DNA of 64,000 nt, from the NCBI GenBank assembly GCA_031414955.1, contig JANOQV010000184.1, positions 126,105-190,104 of the forward strand, read 5' to 3'. Position numbers and translations under genes: made by a program. The notes under the pieces are model-generated. The model made no database searches. It saw only the letters and a list, made by a program, of their open reading frames with translations, and had not been told where the DNA came from. This DNA is from Pedosphaera sp. Its GTDB lineage: Bacteria > Verrucomicrobiota > Verrucomicrobiia > Limisphaerales > SIBH01. This document shows, piece by piece, positions 27,041 to 34,669 of the stretch. Each line of letters opens with the position of its first letter. The stretch's first letter is position 1.

Positions 27041-28029
27041 GCGGCGAAGCGATGGGCGGACAGCGGAGTGACGCGCGAATCGTCGTGCTCGTCGAAGCCC
27101 ACCGCCTCGTCGAGGATGAACTTGGGCCGGCACTTCACTTCTTCGTAGATGCGCGCGATGTATTCGCCCAGGATGCCCACGCTGATCAACTGCACGCCGC
27201 CCATGAGCAGGATCAGGATCACGACGGTCGGATTGCCGATGGGGAACGGGAAGCCAAACACCTTCATGACCGCGTAGATGAGGCCCACCAGAAAACTGCT
27301 GCCGGCGAACACGAAGCCCATTTTGGAACTGAGCGTGAGCAGGTAGCTTGAGAAGCACACGATGCCGTTGAAGCCGATGCGGAAGGAACCGAAGAAGCGG
27401 TTGTAGTTGCCCGCGCCCGAGTGACGCGGCTGCCGGTCAAACTGGATGAGCGTCTGTTTGAAGCCGACCAGCGCGACCAGTCCGCGCAGGAAGCCGTGAC
27501 ATTCCTTGAGCTTGTTGACCTCGTTGATCACGCGCCGGCTCATGAGCCGGAAGTCCCCGGTGTTCGCGGGAATCTCCGCCTCGGCGATCTTGTTGATGAG
27601 TTTGTAGCCAAGATACGCCGTGAGCTTCTTCAGCCAATTTTCGCCGGTGCGGGTGCGGCGCTGGGCCATCACCACGTCGAAACCCTCGCGCCACTTCGCG
27701 ACCATCTGGAGAATCAGCTCGGGCGGGTCCTGCAAATCCACGTCGATGGCCACCACGGCGTCGCCGCGCGAATACTGGAGTCCGGCCAGCGTGGCCATGG
27801 GCTGGCCGATGCGGCGGGAAAACTTGAGCAGCTTGATGCGCGGATCGCGGTCGCGGTGCTCCAGGATGACGCGCTCCGTGGCATCGGGCGACGGGTCCAT
27901 GGAGAAGATGATTTCAAAGTCCAGACCCGTGCGTTCGAGGATGGGCGTGATGCGCTCGAGAAACAGGGGGATGTTCCCCTCTTCCTTGAAGACCGGCACG
28001 ACGACCGAGAGTAATTCTGCGCGTTTCAT
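27037..28029 (-). CDS. GtrB/ArnC-like polyprenyl-phosphate glycosyltransferase (GT2)
   Basis: SVVVP.FKEE, FSR..G...A..AGL, D.DLQDPPE, GDFRLM, GILGEYI.RIY.E.K.RP. Confidence 0.92.
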   Translation of the reverse strand: MKRAELLSVVVPVFKEEGNIPLFLERITPILERTGLDFEIIFSMDPSPDATERVILEHRDRDPRIKLLKFSRRIGQPMATLAGLQYSRGDAVVAIDVDLQDPPELILQMVAKWREGFDVVMAQRRTRTGENWLKKLTAYLGYKLINKIAEAEIPANTGDFRLMSRRVINEVNKLKECHGFLRGLVALVGFKQTLIQFDRQPRHSGAGNYNRFFGSFRIGFNGIVCFSSYLLTLSSKMGFVFAGSSFLVGLIYAVMKVFGFPFPIGNPTVVILILLMGGVQLISVGILGEYIARIYEEVKCRPKFILDEAVGFDEHDDSRVTPLSAHRFAA

Positions 28030-28292
28030 ATTGATGTGGGGTTCGTCGGAGCGGGCGGCTGCTACGAACGCACAGAAGGATCATCGGAACCCGGCTCGGG
28101 AAACTTGAAGGTGCGCCGGGCCTCCCGGCGGCTGTGCGTGGAACCTGCCCACCTTTCATCTTGCCGCCCGCTCGTGCCACCGCCTACGGTCGCCCCAACC
28201 CAGAGCTAAACTCAGTAGTGCCCATGACAACATTGCTGTACCAAAGTGGTTTCGTGACGATGCCGTTACGCTGATTTTCCCCGCGCCTTCCC

Positions 28293-30248
28293 ATGTCGCT
28301 GGAATGGTCAGTCGCAGCCTTGCTGCTGGCGGTCGCCTTGTGGCCGCTGGCCCGGAGCACGCGTTCCCTCGGAACGCGGGTCGCCCTGTTGTTGCTGGTT
28401 CTGGGCCTGGTGCTGGGCGGCTTCGTCTGGAAATCGCGCGCTCAGGCCCGGCTTAATGCGCGCCAGCAGCTCCGGCAAAAACTTCCGGCGGAGCAACGCC
28501 CCGGCGGCTTTGTCCGTTCGGATGCCTGTCGCTCCTGCCACCCGCAGCAATACGAGTCCTGGCATCAGAGCTATCACCGCACCATGACTCAGCGGGCCAC
28601 GCCGGAATCGGTGCGCGGGCCGTTCACCAACGTCACCCTGACGCTGGCCGGCGAAGTCTTTCACCTCTCACGACGGGGCGACGAATTCTTCGTCGAGATG
28701 GTGGACCCGGATTGGACTTATGTGCGTGCGCTCGCACGGCAGGCCTTCCAGCGCGGCACCGGTCCCGAACCGCCGCCCGTCCCGAATCCGCCGCGGGTGG
28801 AGAAGCGCCTCACGCTCACCACGGGTTCGCACCACATGCAGGCCTACTGGGTGGCGGGCGAGCATGGCAACCATCAGTTCAGCTTCCCGTTCACTTTCCT
28901 CTTCGAGGAGAACCGCTGGGTGCCGCGCAACGACGTCTTCATGCTGCCGCCCGACAAACCCGTGCTCCAGCAGGTCTGGAATCACAACTGCATCGGCTGC
29001 CATGCCACGGCTGGACAACCGCAGACCGATCCCCGCGATCACGTTCCGCGCACGCGCGTGGCCGAATACGGCATTGCCTGCGAATCCTGCCACGGTCCCG
29101 GTGAGGAACACATCCGCGCCAACAGCGCACCGCTCCGCCGCTACGCCCTGCATCGCGGCACCAACGCCGATCCCACCATCGTCAACCCCGCCCGCGTCTC
29201 CTCGAAGAAGTCCGCCGAGATTTGCGGCCAGTGTCACGCGGCGCGCTACAACGTGAACCACGCGGAGTGGATGATGGAGGGCTTCGATTATTGGCACCGC
29301 TCGGACCTCACCAACGCGCGCCCCTTGCTGCCGGGCAAGGATTTGCTTCGCCTCACTGACCGGTCGGATCCGGCCGAAGCCGCCGCCCGGCGCTCGCTCA
29401 GCGGTTACTTCTGGCCCGACGGAATGATCCGCGTCTCGGGCCGCGAATACAACGGCCTGGCCGACACTCCGTGCTTTCAACGCGGCAACATGTCCTGCCT
29501 CTCCTGCCACTCGATGCACCAGATGGCCTCCCCCGACGATCAGCTGGCCCGCGGCATGGAAGGCAACCGCGCCTGCTACCAGTGCCACGGCGACTTCGAG
29601 CGGAAGCTCACCCAGCACACCCGGCACGCCGCGAATTCTTCGGGCAGCCTTTGCTACAACTGCCACATGCCGCACACTACCTACGGCTTGTTGAAAGGCA
29701 TCCGCTCGCACCAGATCACTTCGCCCAGCGTGCAAAGCTCCCTCGACACGGGCCGGCCCAACGCCTGCAACCTTTGCCATCTTGACCGCTCGCTCCCTTG
29801 GACCGCGAAGAGCCTGAACCAATGGTATCAACAACCCACCCCAACCATGGAGGCCGACTTCGCCGCCGGTCCCGCCTCGGCGGTGTGGCTCCTGCGAGGC
29901 GATGCCGGCCAGCGCGCGATCATCGCCTGGCACATGGGCTGGGAGCCGGCCCGCCAGGCCTCCGGCACGAACTGGCTCGTGCCCTACCTCGCCGAGACAC
30001 TCGACGATCCCTACAGCGTGGTGCGCTACATCGGGCACCGTTCGCTCCAGACCATTCCGGGCCGGAAGAAAATTCCCTACGACTACATCGCTCCGGCCGA
30101 CCAGCGTGTCTGGATCAAGAGTGAATTGCTCCAGGACTGGGACGCGGCCAGGCTCCCGGCCGAGGAACGGGCCAAAGTGCTTTCACCCCAACAAATCTCA
30201 CGACTGCTGCAACGCCGCGATCATCGCCCCATGGAATTGCTTGAATGA
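28293..30248 (+). CDS. Membrane-anchored octaheme c-type cytochrome
   Basis: Eight CxxCH motifs (CRSCH, CIGCH, CESCH, CGQCH, CLSCH, CYQCH, CYNCH, CNLCH); two N-terminal TMs. Confidence 0.88.
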   Translation: MSLEWSVAALLLAVALWPLARSTRSLGTRVALLLLVLGLVLGGFVWKSRAQARLNARQQLRQKLPAEQRPGGFVRSDACRSCHPQQYESWHQSYHRTMTQRATPESVRGPFTNVTLTLAGEVFHLSRRGDEFFVEMVDPDWTYVRALARQAFQRGTGPEPPPVPNPPRVEKRLTLTTGSHHMQAYWVAGEHGNHQFSFPFTFLFEENRWVPRNDVFMLPPDKPVLQQVWNHNCIGCHATAGQPQTDPRDHVPRTRVAEYGIACESCHGPGEEHIRANSAPLRRYALHRGTNADPTIVNPARVSSKKSAEICGQCHAARYNVNHAEWMMEGFDYWHRSDLTNARPLLPGKDLLRLTDRSDPAEAAARRSLSGYFWPDGMIRVSGREYNGLADTPCFQRGNMSCLSCHSMHQMASPDDQLARGMEGNRACYQCHGDFERKLTQHTRHAANSSGSLCYNCHMPHTTYGLLKGIRSHQITSPSVQSSLDTGRPNACNLCHLDRSLPWTAKSLNQWYQQPTPTMEADFAAGPASAVWLLRGDAGQRAIIAWHMGWEPARQASGTNWLVPYLAETLDDPYSVVRYIGHRSLQTIPGRKKIPYDYIAPADQRVWIKSELLQDWDAARLPAEERAKVLSPQQISRLLQRRDHRPMELLE

Positions 30249-30757
30249 ATCCCACTCCCGAAAAAGCCGCCCGCCCCGACTCCACCGCCCTCGTGGTGCG
30301 CCGCCATTTGCGCTGGGGCTGGTTCACGCTGCTGGTGTTTCTCACCCTGGGCCTCGGGCTGGAGACGTTGCACGGCTTCAAGGTCCAGGCCTACCTCAAC
30401 GTGGGGAACGAAACGCGCCGCCTGATGTGGACCCTGGCCCACGCGCACGGAGCTTTGCTCGGGCTTATGCACCTTGGCTTCGCCTTTAGTGTCCAATGCA
30501 CTCCGGCCTGGACCTCGCGTTCCCGCACGGTGGCCTCGTGCTCGCTCGCGGGCGCGAGCCTGCTCCTGCCGGGCGGTTTTTTCCTCGGCGGAATCTGGGT
30601 TTACGCGGGCGATCCGGGGCTGGGCATCCTGCTCGTGCCGGTCGGCGGCATCCTGCTCTTCGCCGCCGTGCTCTGCACCGCCCTGAGCTTGAAACATTTT
30701 CAACCGGCGTCTCGCCCGGAGCGTAATCCCCAGCCGCCAGGGCCAAGGTCGAAATAG
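30245..30757 (+). CDS. Four-TM membrane protein with His motif (AHAHG)
   Basis: ATGA-coupled to the cytochrome; LETLHG, WTLAHAHG, PGGFFLGG, GDPG.G. Confidence 0.75.
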   Translation: MNPTPEKAARPDSTALVVRRHLRWGWFTLLVFLTLGLGLETLHGFKVQAYLNVGNETRRLMWTLAHAHGALLGLMHLGFAFSVQCTPAWTSRSRTVASCSLAGASLLLPGGFFLGGIWVYAGDPGLGILLVPVGGILLFAAVLCTALSLKHFQPASRPERNPQPPGPRSK

Positions 30758-30773
30758 GTCTGCTCAGGCCTGA

Positions 30774-30949
30774 GAGCCGGTCTGAAAAGTCGCCTGGAGG
30801 CAAAGGTCGCCGGTCCCGGAGTGCGCCCGTCCTCGGGCGCAGCAACGTGCGAAAGTCTGGGGAGGTGGGGTTTTCCAACGCGCCCGGCGTCAGCGCACTG
30901 CTGCGGCCGAGGACGGGCGCACTCCGCCAGCGAGTTTTCAGACCGGCTC
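30774..30949. mobile_element. MITE-like element (15-bp TIR, TGA target duplication) containing a REP doublet class D
   Basis: GAGCCGGTCTGAAAA 30774-30788 / TTTTCAGACCGGCTC 30935-30949; TGA on both flanks; inner GGAGTGCGCCCGTCCTCGGGCGCAGCA...TGCTGCGGCCGAGGACGGGCGCACTCC at 30818-30925. Confidence 0.8.
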
Positions 30950-31004
30950 TGAGCCTGTCGGCCGAGACTTGGCGCGCGGGCCGGAGGCTGCTATTCCTCC
31001 GCCG

Positions 31005-32096
31005 ATGCGATTGCCAACGTCCTCGTGGCTCCGCCGGGCCGCCGCGCTTTTCTTCGGCAGCCTGGTGCTGGTCGCGCACGCCCACCAACCGGGGTTGAGC
31101 ACCGTGCGCATCGATCTCTCATCCAACCAGCTCACCGCCCAGTTGATCCTGGCCTGGCTGGAGCTGGACGCACTGTCCCCGCTGGATACCAACCAGGATC
31201 GAGCCTTGAGCCTGGCGGAGTTCCAGGCGGCCCAGCCCAGGCTCGCGCGGATCGCCGAGTCCGCCCTGGAGTTGCTCGCGGACGGACGGATGCTCGCCTT
31301 GCGCAAACCGCCCGAGGCCCGACTCGACGACGTCACCGGCATCCGGCTGGATTTGGTGTATGAATTCCCCGCCACGCGCGTGCTCACGATCACCTCCGAG
31401 CTGGTCGCGGAATTACCGCCAGGGCACCGGCAGATCCTGACCGTCCGCGACGCCGGCCCGCGCGAACTGCACACCACCGTGCTCGAGCGCGCGCAGCCGA
31501 CGGTGGACCTGCCGCTCTTCGCCCTCCAGGCTGGTCCGCCAGATCGGTGGGCCGCCGTCCGGCAATTCCTCTGGTTGGGGGTGGAGCACATCGTCACGGG
31601 CTGGGATCATCTGGCCTTTCTGTTCGGACTGCTGCTGGTGGGGGGCAAGCTGCGGGACGCGGTGAAGATCATCACTTCGTTCACGCTCGCACATTCACTG
31701 ACGCTGGTGATGGCCACCTTGAACGTCATCAACATTCCTTCGCGCGTCGTCGAACCGATCATCGCGGCCTCGATCATTTACGTCGGCTTCGAGAACATGC
31801 TTCGCGACAACTTCAGCAAACGCTGGATGCTGACCTTCGCCTTCGGATTGATTCACGGCTGCGGCTTCGCCTCGATCCTGCGGGAGATGGGGATAGGCGC
31901 GGAGGGCACGAGCGTGGTGACGCCGCTGATCTGTTTCAACCTCGGGGTGGAACTGGGGCAACTTGCCTTCGCAGCCATCATGCTGCCGCTGATTTGGAAA
32001 TTGAAACCCGCCTTTCCGAAGCGCTGGATTCCGGTGGCCTCGGTCGGGATCATCATGGTCGGAAGTTACTTCCTGGTGCAGCACGTCTGGATTTGA
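31005..32096 (+). CDS. HupE/UreJ family protein
   Basis: Signal ending AHAH, LGVEHI.TGWDHL.FL, TSFTLAHSLTL, VE..IAASI, FGLIHG.GFA, FNLGVELGQ. Confidence 0.92.
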   Translation: MRLPTSSWLRRAAALFFGSLVLVAHAHQPGLSTVRIDLSSNQLTAQLILAWLELDALSPLDTNQDRALSLAEFQAAQPRLARIAESALELLADGRMLALRKPPEARLDDVTGIRLDLVYEFPATRVLTITSELVAELPPGHRQILTVRDAGPRELHTTVLERAQPTVDLPLFALQAGPPDRWAAVRQFLWLGVEHIVTGWDHLAFLFGLLLVGGKLRDAVKIITSFTLAHSLTLVMATLNVINIPSRVVEPIIAASIIYVGFENMLRDNFSKRWMLTFAFGLIHGCGFASILREMGIGAEGTSVVTPLICFNLGVELGQLAFAAIMLPLIWKLKPAFPKRWIPVASVGIIMVGSYFLVQHVWI

Positions 32097-32132
32097 GGCT
32101 CACCCGGCGGCGTCCTGGCTGAACTCCGCCCA

Positions 32133-32558
32133 TCAAAGCCGCTTCTCGTCCGCGTCGATAAAATCGACGAAGTTTTTCAAATCATCGCGGTGGCCCAGGC
32201 CGGCCGCTTCCTTGCGTTGCTGCAAACGGTCGAGCGCGGGCTGATCGTCAGACTTGGGATAGTTGAGCATGCCCTCGGCATGGGCGCGCTTCTCGGCCTC
32301 GCTCCTCTTCACGTTCGCCCGCACCCAGTCGCATACTTCGCCGTCGGTAACGGAGTTTTTCACCACTTCCACCATCTGCTCGTGCGTGATTCCAGCCGTC
32401 TGGCACCAGCGTCCGTCGAAGCCTTGGCCGAGATTCGGTTGATAATCAGGGTGCAGCTTGCCGGCGAGGTGAAGTCGGATTTTGTCGAGGTAACGGGGCA
32501 GGTGCATCCAGCCGCACATGTTTTCGCGCGGGCTGCGGGGATAGATCAGAGTGCTCAC
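32133..32558 (-). CDS. DUF5069-like protein
   Basis: PRSPRE..G..HLPR..DKIR....G.L..DY, C-terminal D.ID.DE.R. Confidence 0.8.
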   Translation of the reverse strand: MSTLIYPRSPRENMCGWMHLPRYLDKIRLHLAGKLHPDYQPNLGQGFDGRWCQTAGITHEQMVEVVKNSVTDGEVCDWVRANVKRSEAEKRAHAEGMLNYPKSDDQPALDRLQQRKEAAGLGHRDDLKNFVDFIDADEKRL

Positions 32559-32821
32559 GGGGCGAAGTGTTTAGGGCGGAGTCGGGGGTGTCAACCTCGT
32601 GGCCAGACGGCCGATGCCCGGTCCTACTGCTGTCGATGTTTGCGCACTCCGACCAGAATAGAACGTCGGCCGGTTCCGGAAACCCAGCCTTTCGAGGGCC
32701 GCAGTTTCCATTTCCAGCCCGCATTTTTCACATCCGCAGGCCGTGTTTGAAGCCCTCCCCTCCAGCCATGAATGGAATTGATGGGTCGCCAACAAATGAC
32801 TCAAACCCGCCCAGCGGACGC

Positions 32822-32837
32822 TGGCACCGGCACTGCT
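32822..32837 (+). promoter_or_regulatory. Putative sigma54 (-24/-12) promoter of the nitrite assimilation operon
   Basis: TGGCACCGGCACTGCT = GG-N10-GC. Confidence 0.7.
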
Positions 32838-32854
32838 AAGGCGTGGCGACGAAC

Positions 32855-34669
32855 ATGAGTTTAGGAACTGCCATTCCGTTTGTGCCGCCCTCGGCGCCGT
32901 TCAGCGCGCCCCAGCGCGCGTGGCTCAACGGCTACCTCGCCGGCCGCTGGTCGTTTGCTGAGACGCACGGCGAGACCACGGAAGCGGCCGCGCCCGTCCT
33001 GGCGATGAAGTCGTTGCTGATTCTTTTTGGCAGCCAGACGGGCACGGCGGAAGGACTGGCGAAGCAGCTTGCCAAAAATTCCTTCCAACACGGTTTCTCG
33101 CCGCGCACGGCCGAGGCGAATTCATGCACCATCGCCGAACTCGCCGCCGCCGAGCGGCTGCTCCTCATCACCAGCACCTGGGGGGAAGGCGATCCGCCGG
33201 ACAATGCCACGCAGTTGTGGGCGACTTTGAACGCGCCGGATGCGCCCAAGCTGACCGGCCTGTCCTTCTCGGTGTTGGCGCTGGGCGATAAGAACTACTC
33301 CGAATTCTGCGGTGCGGGCAAAAAGTTTGACGCGCGTCTGGAGCAACTCGGCGCCAGGCGGATTCATCCACGCGTCGATTGCGATCTGGATTACGAGGCG
33401 GCGGCAAAGGATTGGAGCGCAGCCGCGCTGGCGAAGTTTGAGGAAGTAAACAGTGAGACAGTCATCAGTAATCCGTCACGCCCCGCCCTCCCGACTGGAG
33501 CATCGGCCACGGACTCACTGATTACTGATTCACTGATCACACTTCCCTTCTCCCGAACGAACCCCTTCCCCGCCCGGCTGCTGACCAATCGCGTCCTCAC
33601 GGGCGAAGGGTCGTCCAAGGAGACGCGCCACTTTGAGATTTCGCTCGAAGGTGCCGATTTGAACTACGAAGCCGGCGATGCCCTGGGCGTGTTCCCCACG
33701 AACTGCCCGGCCTTGGTCAGTGACTTGGTGGCGGCGCTGGGTTGCGATGGCGAGGAAGCGGTCAAGGCGCCGGATGGCCGCGAGACTTCGCTGCGCCACG
33801 CGCTGCTGCGGCATTACCAGGTCACGCAGCCGCCGACATCGCTGCTGGCCGCGGTTGGCGAACGCGCCCAGAGCGCCGACCTGAAACATTTGCTCGCGCC
33901 CGAGAATAAGGCTGCTCTTGAGAAGCACCTTCACGGGCGCGAGATCATCGACTTCCTCCTGGCCCATCCGACGGCGCGATTCACGCCGGAGGAATTCATA
34001 GCCTTGCTCCGCAAACTCAATCCGCGCCTCTACTCCATCGCCTCCAGCCCGAAGGCGCATCTGGGCGAGGTCCATCTCTGCGTGGGCATCGTGCGCTACG
34101 AGGCGCAGGGCCGAGCGCGCCAGGGTGTCTGCTCCAGCTTTCTGGCCGACCGCGTGGAACGGGAAACCCCGCTGCCGGTCTTCGTGCAGGCTTCGCACGG
34201 GTTCAAGTTGCCGACGGGTGCGGACACACCCATCATCATGGTCGGGCCTGGCACGGGTATCGCGCCGTTCCGCGCCTTTCTGGAGGAGCGGCAGGCCGTC
34301 GCCGCGCGCGGGCGCAACTGGCTTTTCTTCGGCGACCAGAAGCGGGCCACGGATTTTCTCTATCGCGGCCAGTTGGAAGCCATGTTCAAGGACGGCCTGC
34401 TGACCCGGCTGGACCTGGCCTTCTCGCGCGATCAGGCGGAGAAGATTTATGTGCAGCACCGCATGGCCGAACACGCCCAGGAGTTGTGGAAGTGGCTGGA
34501 GGAAGGCGCGCACTTCTACGTCTGCGGTGATGCCAAGCGCATGGCCAAGGACGTCGAGGCCGCGCTGTATGAAGTGATTCAATTGGGCGGTGGAAGAACC
34601 CCGGAGCAGGCCCAGGAGTACGTGCAGCAGCTCAAATCTGCGAAGCGCTATCAACGTGATGTCTATTGA
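32855..34669 (+). CDS. Sulfite/nitrite reductase flavoprotein subunit (CysJ-like diflavin reductase)
   Basis: Flavodoxin GSQTGTAE, TSTWGEGDPPDN, LGD..Y..FC; RLYSIASS, GPGTGIAPFR, AFSRDQ..K.YVQ, YVCGDA, RYQRDVY. Confidence 0.92.
   Translation: MSLGTAIPFVPPSAPFSAPQRAWLNGYLAGRWSFAETHGETTEAAAPVLAMKSLLILFGSQTGTAEGLAKQLAKNSFQHGFSPRTAEANSCTIAELAAAERLLLITSTWGEGDPPDNATQLWATLNAPDAPKLTGLSFSVLALGDKNYSEFCGAGKKFDARLEQLGARRIHPRVDCDLDYEAAAKDWSAAALAKFEEVNSETVISNPSRPALPTGASATDSLITDSLITLPFSRTNPFPARLLTNRVLTGEGSSKETRHFEISLEGADLNYEAGDALGVFPTNCPALVSDLVAALGCDGEEAVKAPDGRETSLRHALLRHYQVTQPPTSLLAAVGERAQSADLKHLLAPENKAALEKHLHGREIIDFLLAHPTARFTPEEFIALLRKLNPRLYSIASSPKAHLGEVHLCVGIVRYEAQGRARQGVCSSFLADRVERETPLPVFVQASHGFKLPTGADTPIIMVGPGTGIAPFRAFLEERQAVAARGRNWLFFGDQKRATDFLYRGQLEAMFKDGLLTRLDLAFSRDQAEKIYVQHRMAEHAQELWKWLEEGAHFYVCGDAKRMAKDVEAALYEVIQLGGGRTPEQAQEYVQQLKSAKRYQRDVY
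33444..33544. repeat. In-frame heptamer (ATCAGTA/G) inverted-repeat hairpin inside the flavoprotein linker
   Basis: AAGTAAACAGTGAGACAGTCATCAGTAATCCGT versus ACGGACTCACTGATTACTGATTCACTGATCACACTT. Confidence 0.75.

Noticed and set aside
27041..27358. ORF-track N-terminal extension of the methyltransferase
   Set aside because: It lies inside the GT2 gene; ATG 27040 forms an ATGA overlap with the GT2 stop.
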